Source: Saprolegnia diclina VS20
Lineage: Eukaryota
Assembly: GCF_000281045.1 (NCBI RefSeq)
Contig: NW_008246103.1
Span: 212,582-276,581 of the forward strand
Length of the DNA: 64,000 bases
Direction of reading: 5' to 3'
The notes below the pieces were generated by a model. It did no database searches. It saw only the letters and a list, made by a program, of their open reading frames with translations, and was not told the origin of the DNA. Each line of letters begins with the position of its first letter. The first letter of the stretch is position 1. The position numbers and the translations under genes were made by a program. Below, in pieces: positions 33,842 through 46,801 of the stretch.

Positions 33842-34585
33842 TCAACCAGCCAGAGCCTTGCCACGCAACTCTTTTCATCCCCTTGCTAGCACTATCTACT
33901 CGTACCTAGCACGGCGACGGTTTTCCTCTGCCTTTGTCACCAGACCGTTTTTGTGGCGTTCCTATAGTGTGCCCAAGCTCACTCTGTACACATTTCAAGT
34001 GTGTGCTTCGTGATTGCGCAAGTACTACGTAATAAGTACTTGTATTAACTATCAAGCTGTTCTATTTGGGCACACTCTCGACGCGCTTGTGGAAAAGACG
34101 TTCGTCGCAAATTGCATCAAGAACGTATTGTCAACGATGGCTCTCACGTACACTGCGACGGCTTCACGTCGGGAGCATTGCTTGGGAGACGTCAGCAGAA
34201 TGTCATGTCGAGTTGGTAGAGTGGAGCTCGGACTCCAGCGCCGACAGCACGACCAAGTGTTTGGTCCTCTCTGAACCTCTCGATTCTCACACGAGTGATG
34301 CGATAGTGGTGGATAGATAGATACAGGTAGGCGACTCCCGTGAAACCTGCTGCTGCCCTTTATAGCATCGCATTCTTGGACTAGTCGTGGCGCGCGGCTG
34401 TCAATGACTCGATCGACCCCATTGGCTGATGTCGCTGTCAAGCTTGATTCGGATTGGCTCCTCTCCGATACATTGTCCAATCAGGTCGCTGCGCGGCCTT
34501 TCTGCAGAGGTTGCGCACTGCGAGCATCACTTGGACGCTACTTGGCGCTCAGTGTCTCAATCTTCCTTTTGCCACGTGCAGCAAA

Positions 34586-35746
34586 ATGCGTCTGGACGCT
34601 CTCGCTCTGGGGCTACTGGCGCATGTCGTTGCCGCCGACACGACCGAGTCGGCCGTCACGCTCGTCCTATCATACGTCGTTCGCGCCGTGAGTCTCCGGT
34701 CGCCCACCGTGCCGACGCCGTCGCCGTCGCCGCCCGAGAGCTCGCTCGACTTGCTTCTCAACTACCACTATTCGCACATTTGGAGTGGTCTCCTCGCGGG
34801 GTTTGCGATTCCGATTGGGCTTGTCCTCGCGTTTCTCGGCTTCAAAATGCTCAAGGTGTCGGCGCTCCTCTGCGGCTTCTCACTCGGCGGCCTCTTGCTC
34901 TACGTGCTCTCGCTTTTGATTTTCGCCGATCAGTCGTATATTGTCACGGCCACGTGGGTCGCGTTCCTCATTGGCGCACTCCTCATCGGTGCCATCTCGA
35001 TGCTCCTCGACCAAGTCGGCAACTTTGTCATTGGCCTCTGCGCCGGCGCGGCGTTCGCGGCACTCCAGCACATTTCTTATGGCTACAAGTACTGGCCGTC
35101 GAATCCCAACGGCGCCTTGTACATTAGCGTCGCGTCGTGGGCCCTCGTCTTTGGTGCCCTCACCGTCCTCGGTGGCAAGCCGCTCCAGATCGTCTCGACC
35201 AGCCTCGCCGGGGCGACAATGACGGTATGGGGCATTGGGTACTTTGCCGGGCGCTACCCCAGCGTGTGTGACCTTCCGCGCCAACAAGCGTTTGGAAATG
35301 GACCATGGGAGTATGATATTCCGTCGGCGTGGTGGGGCTACCTCACGGCGACGCTCGTGCTCTGGGTCGCGGGCATTGGCCTCCAGTTTGCTGTCACGGC
35401 CGTCGACCCGGTCGTCGTCAAGAAGGAAGATCACCACGCGACGCACGATGCGACGCATCACCGCGAGCTGTACGCGCACCACCACCTCTCTCCGTACCGC
35501 AAGTCGCGCTCGCAACGCAAGTCGTCGTTCTCGTCGTCGTCCTCGTCGTCGGACCACCATGCCATTGAAATGACCGAGCGTCGGCACCAAACTGACAAAG
35601 TCGACCATCCAAAGACGGACAAGCACCGCACGAGCAGTCACGAGGCGTCGTCGATTCCGGACGGCGTCCCGATTGTCGAGACGCACTACGTGCAGGTGGG
35701 CACGCCGCACCACCATCACGACCACCACCGCCATCACCACTTTTAA
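34586..35746 (+). CDS. TMEM198/DUF4203-like multi-pass membrane protein with signal peptide and His-rich tail
   Basis: Signal-like MRLDALALGLLAHVVAA, about 7 hydrophobic helices, GLVLAFLGFKMLK, IVSTSLAGATMTVWGIGYFAG, and C-terminal HHHHDHHRHHHF. Confidence 0.75.
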   Translation: MRLDALALGLLAHVVAADTTESAVTLVLSYVVRAVSLRSPTVPTPSPSPPESSLDLLLNYHYSHIWSGLLAGFAIPIGLVLAFLGFKMLKVSALLCGFSLGGLLLYVLSLLIFADQSYIVTATWVAFLIGALLIGAISMLLDQVGNFVIGLCAGAAFAALQHISYGYKYWPSNPNGALYISVASWALVFGALTVLGGKPLQIVSTSLAGATMTVWGIGYFAGRYPSVCDLPRQQAFGNGPWEYDIPSAWWGYLTATLVLWVAGIGLQFAVTAVDPVVVKKEDHHATHDATHHRELYAHHHLSPYRKSRSQRKSSFSSSSSSSDHHAIEMTERRHQTDKVDHPKTDKHRTSSHEASSIPDGVPIVETHYVQVGTPHHHHDHHRHHHF

Positions 35747-35958
35747 CCTTTCCAAACCTGTACACTACCCAATACTAAAAAACTAGTCGTCGTCTTGTGC
35801 CCATATGACGTGTCTACTACACAAAAGCCAGTGGCAACCAACAAGGTGCAGCAGCGGATTTGCAAGCGGCCATGAGCCAATGCCAACGAGCAACGAAATG
35901 TCATTGCATGGGTGACGACCATGCTCGGTCGCGCACGTCGTACAATATTGTCTTTTGT

Positions 35959-38312
35959 TTACGCGACATTTTTGGCGTTCAAAAATGCGGCGTCGTTGGG
36001 CGGCCGACCGAGAAAGCTTGCGATCAGGTCGACCGCATCCGCGCTGCCGCCGCGCGCCAAGATGCGCTCGCGGTACTCGATGCCCGTGTCTTGGTTCAGC
36101 AGACCTTTGTGCAGGAACCGCGAGACAAACATATCGGTTGCAACGACGTCGCTCCAGAGGTAGCCATAGTACTAGACACATCCACGTTAGGGCTAGGGTC
36201 ATTGGTGGTTTTACCTGGGCATCGTAGTTGCCGACAATGTGACCGAACGACGCCGCGAGGTTTGTGCCGCGGGTCATCGGGACCAAGTGCACGGTACGGT
36301 GCAGCGTATCGAGGAGGCTCTCCGTGTCGGCATCCGTCGATGCGTCGTCGCCATGCACGGTCTGGTCAAAGAGTGCATACAGCACTTGGCGCTTGGTCTG
36401 GAGACCGGCGCAGGCGTTGCGCGACGCTAGAAGCGCTGCAATTTGGTCGTCCGAGAGCGGCTGCGACGTCGTGTAGTGACACGAGAGACGGCGCAGCGTG
36501 TCGGCATCCCAGGCCCACTGTCCGAGGAGCTGGCTCGGCGCTTCGACAACGTCCCGCTCGACGGCCGTGCCCGCAAAACGCTTGATGTGCACTTCCGAGA
36601 AAACGTGATGCAGGACGTGGCCAAACTCGTGAAAGAACGTCGCCACCTCGCTGTGCAGCAGCAAAGCGGGCTTGGTCGCGCTCGGCGGTGTAAAGTTGGC
36701 CACCATGGCCGCGACTGGCAGCTACCGTACAGTATCATCCTACTCTGTTGGTGCGTCTTACCTGTCGCTTGAGCTCCGTGTCGAGGCCGGTTGCTTGGAG
36801 CCCGTGGCAAGCAGCATGCGCGTACTTGCCGGACCGGGGGAAGAGGTCAAGGTACACATAACCCATGAGGTGGCCATGTCGGCGACCGGCTCGCGCGTCA
36901 TGCACGGCAAACATGCGGACGTCGGGATGCCATACATGCGGCGACGGCACCTACAATAGCATGCAAGTGTGGATCTTATGACTGTCTTGTAGATCTGATA
37001 GCGGTCGTCGGGTCGGGTCGGGCTAGGGGAAGTACCTCGGTAAAGGTGACGGCGAAAAGCTGCGCGCAAGTCTCGAGAAGCACGCGCGTGACGTGGCTCA
37101 GTGGAAAGTACTCTTGGAGCACTTGGTGGTCGACGGCGCAGTGCAACTTTTGGTACAAATGCAGATAATACCGATAGTCGTACATGGCCAAGACACCGGA
37201 CGCTTCGTCGGTCGTCGACTCAGTCGCCTGCTTGAGCGCCAGCAGCGATTGGAGCTCGGTCGCAGCGAGTGGTGTGAGCTGTGCGTCGAGCCCGTGCAGG
37301 AAGGAGAGGATGGTTGCTGGCGACTGCGCCATCCTACGTTGCCACATGTCGTCGGTCGACAAAGAGAAGCGAATATGGTATACCGAATGCTGGCGACATA
37401 GGCCGCGTGCGATGAAAAGCCAAGGAGCGACGCAGCCTCGCGGCGAAGACGCAGCATCTCTTCGAGGATCGGGACGTTCGTCGCTTGGCAGCGGCTACTG
37501 AACGCCGCTTCGACACGCTGCCGCGTCGCCGCCACGTGGCAGGTCTGCAGCACAGGCAACACGATCGGGGAGTGCATCGTCACCTGCATAGACCGTCACA
37601 ACGAGGCAAGCGAACACGAACGGACCTTGAAGCAGCCGTACTTGTCGGTCGCCATGGCCACCAGCACATCGGGGGAGACGCCATGCAGCTCGTCGCGGGT
37701 ACAGAGCACTGACGTGGCATCGTCGCAGAGGTTATTTGCAAACGCAGTCGCGAGCGACGCAATCTTCTTTTGAAGCCACAGCACGCGCTGCCGGAGCGAA
37801 GCGTCGAGGTGGACACCGTTGCGCTCAAAATCGCGGACGAGGCGCTGGACGAACCGGCCCTTCTCGCCCTCCAGGCGCGCGCCCACAGCGCTGTCCGCGA
37901 GCGCCTTGATGACGCGGTAGACGTCGGCGCGCATGCTGCTCTGGAGGCCATATGCAGTGATGGCTTCGTGGGCAGCGGTCGCTGCGTCACGCAGTGCGGG
38001 CGTTGCGCCGACGTAGCGCAAGAAACTCACGCTGCTGATGCGCGGCGACAGCTCGAGCTCGATTTGTGCGAGCCGCGCCGCCGTCTCTTCGTACGTACAC
38101 GACTCGGCGAGCGCCACTTCGTCGTCGACAGCGCACCACGCCTCGAGGATCGCGCTTGTCTCGGCAGCAATGTCCGCCGGCGTCAAGTCAAAGCGAAGCT
38201 TCGTCAGTGTCTTCTTGTGCGCGGCGTCGAGCGCACGCCGTTTGTGCACGTAGAGGAGCGCGAGGCTCACTGCCACGGCGGCGGCGACACTGATGCGTGC
38301 GGCGTTGACCAT
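35959..38312 (-). CDS. M3A metallopeptidase (thimet oligopeptidase/neurolysin-like), multi-exon
   Basis: FERNG, YLDLFPRSGKYAHAAC, VANF, TFFHEFGHVLH (HEXXH), VERDVVEAPSQ, ASFGHI..YDAQ/YYGYLWS, GIEYRERILARGG. Confidence 0.9.
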
Positions 38313-38336
38313 GGTGCAATGTGGGAGTAGCCGACG

Positions 38337-38360
38337 CGTATCCGGAATTATCCTTCCGGA
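38337..38360. promoter_or_regulatory. CGTATCCGGA-N8-TCCGGA candidate promoter element 25 bp upstream of the M3 peptidase ATG
   Basis: Same TCCGGA-N8-TCCGGA spacing as in the foldback element termini. Confidence 0.5.
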
Positions 38361-39070
38361 AGGGGCACCGGTTGCCGGATTCAAGCGACCGGTAGACCTA
38401 AAACTAGGACACGCAGGACTCATTGACACGCTGATGCACTGCAAGCACTCGGCCATCTACTCAGCAGCTGCCACCGACTAGTACCGCCTAGAATCGATAG
38501 AGGAGTGACAGCCTCCAACGGTGCACTCTGCATTGGTGTAACCTACATAAGCGTAAACGCTGGCTCGATGCGCCTACAGCGATGACCAGTCGAGAAACGC
38601 GAGCCGCTGAACCGCCGTGCGCTGCCGAAAGATTGCAAAAGGCTTGGAAACCACAGCGGAAGGCTTCGGCCTCCGAGCCTCCTACACAATGGTTTTGGCG
38701 CCAAATGTGGCGTTCAGTGGATTCAAAATGGGGCTTTGCGTCAACAGCTTACCGGGTTCGCATCGTTGGGTATCCTTATGACGCTCCATCCGGTACCTTA
38801 CACGTCCATTGCCTGCAGGAGACCTGCGGATTGGCATTGCTCGCCAAGGGACGAGGCAATTCGCGATCTTCCCGCAAGATACGGTGGCTTGTCGTCCTGT
38901 CTATGTTTTTATCGTATCCGTCTCATATTGATGCTGTTTCTCAATAATGCCTCAAACTAAGAGCTTATCTCGTATCTAAATACTCTGCACGACGCATTGA
39001 GACGCTTTGGTGAACGATGCTCGTATCTTTCGAACGACGCAATTCACTTTTGGTTTGGCTCGCCACCGGC

Positions 39071-41246
39071 ATGACCTCGCGACCGAGCTACTACGGAACA
39101 CCGGCCCATGAGGGCGACGGGCTTCTCTCTGCACCGCGTCGGTCCTCTTCGCTGCGTGCGAACGTCCTCCTTGGGCTCAACGTCGCGATCGCTGGCGCCT
39201 TGGGCCTCGTCGGCGTCTCGATGCACACGTCCCACGCTCGCTTTGAAGCGCTCTCGGCCAAGATGGACGTCTTCTTGTACGTTCATCTCATCGCTTTGCC
39301 ATGACGGCCATAACGAATGTGATTAGGAGCCAAGCACCGGAGGCCAATCTGCACGCCGCGTACCGATCCCACGCGGTGGCCCCGTCCAAGTACGCAGTGC
39401 GGCATGTGACCCCGCGGAAGGACCAGTCCCAGCGTGGCACGTGCTGGGACTTCGCCACCATCGGCGTTCTCGAGCAGTCGTACCGCGCCCACGGCCTCGC
39501 CCATGGCTGGCTCGAAGAAGACGAATATGTCTCGTTCTCCGAGCAGGTCCTTCGTTGTCCAAACAACCTACGGCGACTGACGAAAGCGTAGGCGTATGGT
39601 ATTGCGGTCATGGAGCTTTGCGCGGGCCCACCGTCGTCGCCACAGCAAGTGGCGTGTCGCGTGGCCGGCGACTCGGTACTCTCGCGTCACCAATTCACCT
39701 GATACATTGAAACTTTTGGCGCTAGATGTGGAAGAACTCGACCGAAGGCGGTGAAGTCGGCGAGCTCTACTACCTGCAGCACGGACTCGCGAACGCGGTG
39801 TTTCCGTACGCGATTTGCCCGTATATCAAAACAGGCGGCAACGACTCGACGTGCCCGGGGCTGACGTCCGACCGTCGTCATGACAACCCGCTCAAGTTCA
39901 AAGTGCGCGTACGTGCTCTGTCTGATGCCTTTCGGACACATTGAACAACTTGTCATGTAGTCGATGGACACGTGGTACGACGATATGACGATCAAGGCGC
40001 GGCTCTTTGAGCAGAAGAAGGCCATGGCACTCTCGACGCCGGTGACGTACGTGACGCACTACTACCCATGCATTGGCGAGTTTGCGTCCGACCCACATTG
40101 CACTTTGGACCACTGCACCTTGTGCCCAAGCGAAATGTCGGCAACCTCGTGCTGTGTACCTCTCAAGGGTGGGCGCAACCGCAACATGGAAGGCGAGTTC
40201 TTCTCGCATCGCGGAATGACGATTGAAGGCGGCCACGCGATGGTATTGTCTCTATCCAAGTATCCACATCGTATGCCATCGGATACTTAGCTCCTCGTCG
40301 GCTACAACGATGCGTTCATGACGCGCGATGGGTTTACCGGTGGCTTTGTCGTGAAAAACTCGTGGCTTGACGGCCCGACCCAAGGCAGCCACTCGCTCAA
40401 CTACTGGATGCAAGAACATTCGGACTGGGAAGAGCGCGTTGTGTGCCCCAACTCGTACAAGTACGTGGCCTCTGAAACATCCGTGGGATGACCAGAACTC
40501 TCTAGTCCGTTCAACTGGTACCAGTGCGGCAACGACGCCGAGCCCGTCGTCGCACCCCGTAACATGTCGAGTGTGACGACGGCGCCGCCTACCGAAGCGG
40601 CGTTCAACCGCACCAAGGCCTTCAACGGCGGCATCAACGCCTGTCTCTCCAAGGAAACGCTGGTGTATGCGGAAATCAACTACCAGCCACTGCACTTGGT
40701 GTGCCTCGACGAGCGTCAGTGCTCCAAGGCGGCGAATGTGACGTACTTTGTGAAAAACACGACCGACTGGGGCGACCGGATGACCATCATGTGCGTCTGG
40801 GAGTACAGCCCGGCGTTGGAGGCGCGCGCGTTTTGCCTCAAGCCCATGCTCGAAGTCGACATTGCGAAAACGTTGACGTACGTTGTATGTGCTTTGTCCG
40901 CACTTTGGAGTTGTTGCCGATTTTCGAATTTTGATGTTTGATGTTTGAAATTGAGATTCAACTTTGGTGTAGGCCCGTGCCGAGCGAGGTTCGATCCAAC
41001 GACCCGGACCGGTGTGGCTTTTACTTTATGCCGTACGAGGCGATTCGCCGGTACATTGCGCAGTTCCAGGGCTTTTATGTCAATGCTTTTGACATTGAGT
41101 GGCACCCGCAGTCGTATTTGCGCCACAAGGCCAAGTACCCGCATCTCAACTACGACCTCCTCACGCAGTCGACAGCCTTCCAGCACGCAGACGACTTTGA
41201 CGGCCCTTTCCCATTTGCCAAGGTCGTCGACGGCCCGCCCAACTAG
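39071..41246 (+). CDS. Papain-like (C1A) cysteine peptidase with N-terminal membrane anchor, paralog 1, multi-exon
   Basis: VTPRKDQSQRGTCWDF (Gln, Cys), FSEQ, GGHAM/LLVGYND (His), VKNSW (Asn); TM segment VLLGLNVAIAGALGLVGV. Confidence 0.85.
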
Positions 41247-42575
41247 TCGATGTTTGCGTCGTGCTCGTCGCCCTGCACACTGCAGATCGCGGTTGACGGG
41301 TTGGCCTCTTTTTTCTCACTAAAATGTGAATCCCACCTCGTGGATTATGCCTGCAGGCACAGAGGTTGATGGCTGGCAAGCGCATATCGCTTCAGTACAA
41401 GTCGACCAGTTAGTACATTAGTGTGAATTCTATTCGTGCATATATAAAGAAAGCGACAGGACGTTTACGGCTTGCCGCGCTGGGTCACTGGCGACGAAGC
41501 GGCCGTGTTCGACTTGGAGTCGGTCTCGTGCACACTACTCGATGCGTCGACGTCGCTTTGCTCGCGGTTGATGGGCTACCAATACCGTTGAATCTCTCCA
41601 TGCGGCATTAAGAGTGACGTACGAGGTTCATGGCCCAGTCGGCCGAGTCGAAACGCTGGCGCTCGAGACGCTTGAGAAGGACGCTCTTGGCCAGATTCGC
41701 ACACTGTGTTTGAAACGGATCAGATCTGAGATAGCCAAAACGAGATCTACCTGAGGGTTGCCCATGCTAAGTCGGTTGAAGAGTGAGCTGCGGAGAACGC
41801 TGCGACTTGTAAAGTGACACGTCGACGGTGTCGAGACTCGGAGACTCTGCCATGGACCGACGATCTTTCCTTGCCGCTGATTGGCGGAGACCTCTGCCTT
41901 TCGTAGGAAAGCGTCCATCTCATTGGCTGAAATTGATTATCCTGTCATATTCGATGTTCTCGAAAATCAGTATCAAAGGAGAGAGACTCGCGTTGGCATC
42001 AGTTGCGACGCCCCAGCCAAGCCCACGGTCGGCGTTCGCGCGCCGCATCGACGAAGCACATGAGTATACATAGCGAGTGAGTCACGCAGACTCTACCTCC
42101 TAACCTGGCGAAACGACTCGCCAGCGCAGATTCTCAGTTGGCAGCAGCTGCTTCAAAGTAGCCAGAGCAGGGCGCACCCAAGCATCAAAGCATGACATGA
42201 TTTTGCAAGCTACTTTCACACAAGCGCTGGGGACTCGCTGGGTATACGTCCCAGTAGTAGTGCGGTGCTGCACGGGGAAGAGAAGCGGCGATTCGAATCG
42301 CCACATGCCGATCGGTCGACACGAAACCACCCAAATTGGAGGCGCAAGGCGGCTACTAGTAGTACCTTCCCACACAACGACGTGTCTACAGACATGTCGG
42401 CGACCGACCGCTGCGGGGCATGTCGCGGCGTCTTGCCCGCTTGAAGTTGGACAACGCCCGATCGGGGGAGAGTCGGAACCGACGCCTTTGTGGCAGAGAC
42501 AGTTACATTTCGCGCCAAATTCGTTCCACGTGGCACGCTCCTGAGCGCGTACGGCATAAGCGATTTTGCTGTGTC

Positions 42576-44659
42576 ATGTTGCAGTCGTCTCAGTACGCGC
42601 CGCTGTACGGGTCCCAGGACCAACTGCCCGTTTTGCGTCGAAGCCGCCTGCAGATCTCGAAGCGTTGGCTCACGCATTATGGACTCGGGGTTATCATGGT
42701 CATGAACGTCGGGATTCTCTTGCTACTCGGATGGGACCTCCACAATTCGACAGCGAACGCTGCCCGCACCATCGCGGCCGTCAACGTCGCCGCCTCGCCG
42801 ACGTACTCGTGTCCTCTCTTCTCCAGCGAAGGCTCAATTTCGTGTGCTGGTAGGGCCATGACGAGCACGGTCGTACTACCGAGCTTGCCCGCCAAGTTTA
42901 GCGTCGAGTACGTGACGCCGTACAAGAACCAAGCCGGCCGCGGGACGTGCTGGGACTTTGGCACGATTGGGCTCCTTGAGCAGTCGTACCGGCGCCACGG
43001 CGTTGTGCAAGGCTGGCTCGCACCCCACGACTATGTGGCCTTCTCGGAACAAGTATGCTCCTGTGTTTTGTAATTGATTTGATTGAACATGCCATTAGGC
43101 GTACGGGATCGAAGTCGCGGCCATGTGCACCGGTCGCAGCGCGTCGCCCCAGCAAAAAGCGTGTCGTATTGCCGACGACAATGTATGTGGCGAGCGTCGT
43201 GCACTCTTTGACTTTGCACTTGCAGATTTGGCGCAACTCCACCGAGGGCGGCGAAGTGCCACTGCTCTATTACCTCCAGCACGGGCTCCACGACGCCGTC
43301 TACCCCGACAGCGTCTGTCCGTACATTCCGACGATGGGCCACGACCTTGAATGCCCCGGCCTTGCCTTGCGCCGACCGAGCAACCCGCTCCGCTTCACAG
43401 TCGAGGTATTCGGGCATGGAAGCTAAACATGTTGTCATGTACAGCCATCAAATCGTAGGCGATGGAGACGTACTACGAAGAGGCGACGATCAAGGCCCAA
43501 CTCGTTGCGCGCAGCAGCGCCATGCCGTTCTCGACCAACATGGTGACGCTCACACACTACTACCCTTGCATTGGCGACCTCGTGACGGACCCACGCTGTG
43601 CCCCGTCATCATGCCACCTCTGTCCGCCCGAGTTGCCGCAAGCCACGTGCTGCATCCCGCAGACCGGCGACAGCAGCGTGACAATGGAAGGCGAATTCGT
43701 GTCCCACTCGAGCATGGCCAGTGACGGCGGCCACGTCATGGTACTGTGATTGAACGCGGTCATTTCTTATTGCGTTGAATAGCTGCTCGTCGGCTTCAAC
43801 GACCTCTATGAGACGCGCGATGGCTTCACTGGTGGCTTTATCGTGAAGAATTCGTGGGCGGACAGCCGGTATCAAGGCAGTCATTCGATGCAGTACTGGA
43901 TGCAGGTAGGCAAGCGCTGGCAAATCTCGATCTAATTGGGTTTGGCTAGAACATTTCCGAGTGGGAAGAGCGCATTCTGTGCCCCAACAGCTACAAGTAC
44001 CTCATTCTCCAACCGACGACGCGAGTTCATTTGATGTCTAGTCCGTTCAGCTGGTACATCGCCTCGGAGGAAGACGACGTTGTCGGTATCGACGCCGTCT
44101 TGTCGGACGACTCGAAGCTCTACGCGCACCTCAACCAGATGCCACTGCATTTGCGCTGCATCGACGCCGATGCGTGCGACCCGTCGCTGGTCTATTTTGC
44201 CAAAAATCGCACCGACTATGGCGACCACATGTACATCATGTGCTTTTACGAGTACAACATGTCGTATGACACGTCGACGCTCATGTGCCTGCCCCCCTTG
44301 CGGCAAGCCGCCATTGCCGACGTCTTCGAGTACGCTATTTGTCGCCGTTGTGTGGAAATTATTGTCTATATTTCCATAGACCCGTCGAAGTCTACGCCAA
44401 CGACCCGGATTTGTGCGGCTTCTACATGATCCCGTACGACGTCAACCGCCACATCAACGCGCAGTTCCAAGGATTTTTTGTCAACAGCTTTGACATTTCG
44501 TGGGCGCCGCAATCGTATGCGGCCAACGCGGACGCCTTTTTGCAGTACGACTATGGCCCGCTGCTGCGGTCCACCAAGCGCCAGCGGCACGTCTCGTTTG
44601 ACGGGCCGTTCCCCAATGCGCACGTGTTCAAGGCGCACCGACATCGCCATGCAACCTAA
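42576..44659 (+). CDS. Papain-like (C1A) cysteine peptidase with N-terminal membrane anchor, paralog 2, multi-exon
   Basis: VTPYKNQAGRGTCWDF, GGHVM/LLVGFND, VKNSW; TM segment GLGVIMVMNVGILLLLGW. Confidence 0.85.
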
Positions 44660-44745
44660 GGCCACAAATACCAATATTGTCCTTTGTGTAAAATGTCCTA
44701 ATGTCCTTTGAGCGGCCAACAAGACATTTTTTCACATTGACAAAA

Positions 44746-46801
44746 TTAAGTTTTGTGAAAATTGATGTGCTCTGCAAATGGGAATGGGCCCGGAAAGTCG
44801 GCACGGCGCTGCTTCTTGGTCGACGCCTCGAGCAGGGTGTAGTCGTACTGCGGGAACTTGGCCTTGTTGGCCACGTAGCTCGAGTCGGCCCACGTCATAT
44901 CAAAGCTGTGGATCCGGAGACCCTTGTAGCGGGCGTTGTACGCGCGTAGTGTCTCGTACGGCATGAAGTAAAAGCCGCAGAGGTCCGGGTCGTTGGGGTA
45001 CGCGACGCGCGGTGTAAGCTCCTTGGCGATCCCGTCGAGGCGGTTGGGCTTGAGGCACAGATCACGCGTCGCGTTGGTCGCCGAGTCGAGCTCCCAGAGG
45101 CAAAATTTGTACATTTTGTCACCATAGTCGGTCGAATTCTTGACAAAGTACGTGGCGTTGGCAGAGCACATAGCGGCGGTGCAGTCGAGGTGCAGCGGCT
45201 GCTTGGAGACATTGGCGAACATCTCGATCTTGGGCTCCATGCACGGTGCAAACCCCGCGTGCCACTTGGGCGACGGTGTGGCATTGTTGACAGCAACCGC
45301 CGCATTCCCGCATGCATAATAGTTCATCGGACTAGACACAAATATTGTCTTTTGAAACAAATACAAGAAAAAGAGATAGATACCTGTGGCTGTTGGGGCA
45401 CAAAATGCGCTCTTCCCAGTCGGAAATGTCTTGCAGCCACCACTTGATCGAGTGCGACCCTTGCGTCGGTCCGTCGGCCCACGAATTCTTCAAGATGAAG
45501 CCACCGGTGTAGCCGTCTTGGGTCAAGAAGGCATCATTGTAGCCCACCATAAGCTACAACACACATATGTCAAGATTTGACAACTTGATAGATTGATAGT
45601 ACCATGCCGTGACCGCCAAGATACGTCATCGAGTGGTCATGAAGGTACTCGCCCTCCATGTTGATCGCCTTGATGCTAAACTGCGGCACGCAGCACGTGG
45701 TTTGCGTCAAGCTCGCCGGACACAGCGTGCACGATGACGGCGCGCAGTGGGCCGCGTCGTAGAAGGCATCGATGCACGGGTAGTAGTGCGTCACGGACGC
45801 GATCGACGTGCTCAGGTCCAAGGCCGCGCCTTGCTTGACGAGTTCGCGCTTGGCCGTCATGTCGTCGTAGTAGGTATACATGCGCTAGCAGACATCTTGT
45901 CCACAATATTCGTCTTGATAAAATTTGTGTACCTTCATTTCAAACCGGATCGGGTTGGTGCGGAGCGCAGCGTCCATGCCGTCACAGACTGTGTCGTTCG
46001 GGCCGTGGTCGCCGATGTACGGGCAAACAGCTTCGGGCAAAATGGCATCCTTGAGTCCGTCTTCGAGGTAGAAGAGCGCCGAGCTCTCACCGCCTTCGGT
46101 CGAATTATTCCAAAACTAGACGAGACATGTCAGCGTTGCAACAGTATCAAGGTATCAACCTCGTCGCCCGCGACCCGGCACACGACTTGCTGCGGCGACG
46201 AGATCGGGCCCGCACAAAGGTTGATGACACGCGTGCCGTACGCTTGCTCGGAGAGCGCCACGTACGCGTCCTCGTGCAAGAAGCCTTTTGTCACGCCGTG
46301 CTGGCGGTACGACCATTCGAGGTACGAGATGGTTGCAAAGTCCCAGCACGTGCCACGCCGCACTTGGTTCTTGTGCGGCGTAATGTACTTGGCAGTAAAC
46401 TTGGTCGGCAACATCGCGTGCGGCATCGCTTCGAGGATCGTGGTCATGCGCCGGAGCTCGGCGAGCTGCGCCTCGAGCGACGCCGGGGCTGGCGCCTCGG
46501 CATGCGACTGCGGAATCTTGTCGGTAATGTCGACGGCCTTGAGAAGCCCCGAGGCCTCTTCGAGCTTGAGCGCGGTCGCTTGCAAGCTCGTGTGCTGCGC
46601 TTGGACGTGTGCGAGCGCAGTGTCGTAGCGCGTCATCGAGGTGTGCATGACGACGCCCATGGCGAACATAACGCCAATCGCGACCGCGTTGAGGACGAGG
46701 AAGAGGGCCATGCGCCGGGCATGGCGCCGCGGTGGTCGGCTCAAGAGGCTCTCGGTCGGGTTCGAGCCGTACGTGCTGCGCAGCGGGCTGTAGATGTCCA
46801 T
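44746..46801 (-). CDS. Papain-like (C1A) cysteine peptidase with N-terminal membrane anchor, paralog 3 (inverted), multi-exon
   Basis: ITPHKNQVRRGTCWDF, GGHGM/LMVGYND, LKNSW; TM segment MALFLVLNAVAIGVMFAMGVV followed by a coiled-coil stalk. Confidence 0.85.

Noticed and set aside
33900..34450. Short ORFs after foldback copy 2
   Set aside because: No motifs, codon bias or consistent splice pattern.
41250..42570. 1.3-kb gap between protease paralogs 1 and 2, examined for a hidden gene or element
   Set aside because: No convincing ORF, repeat or RNA structure was found by eye.
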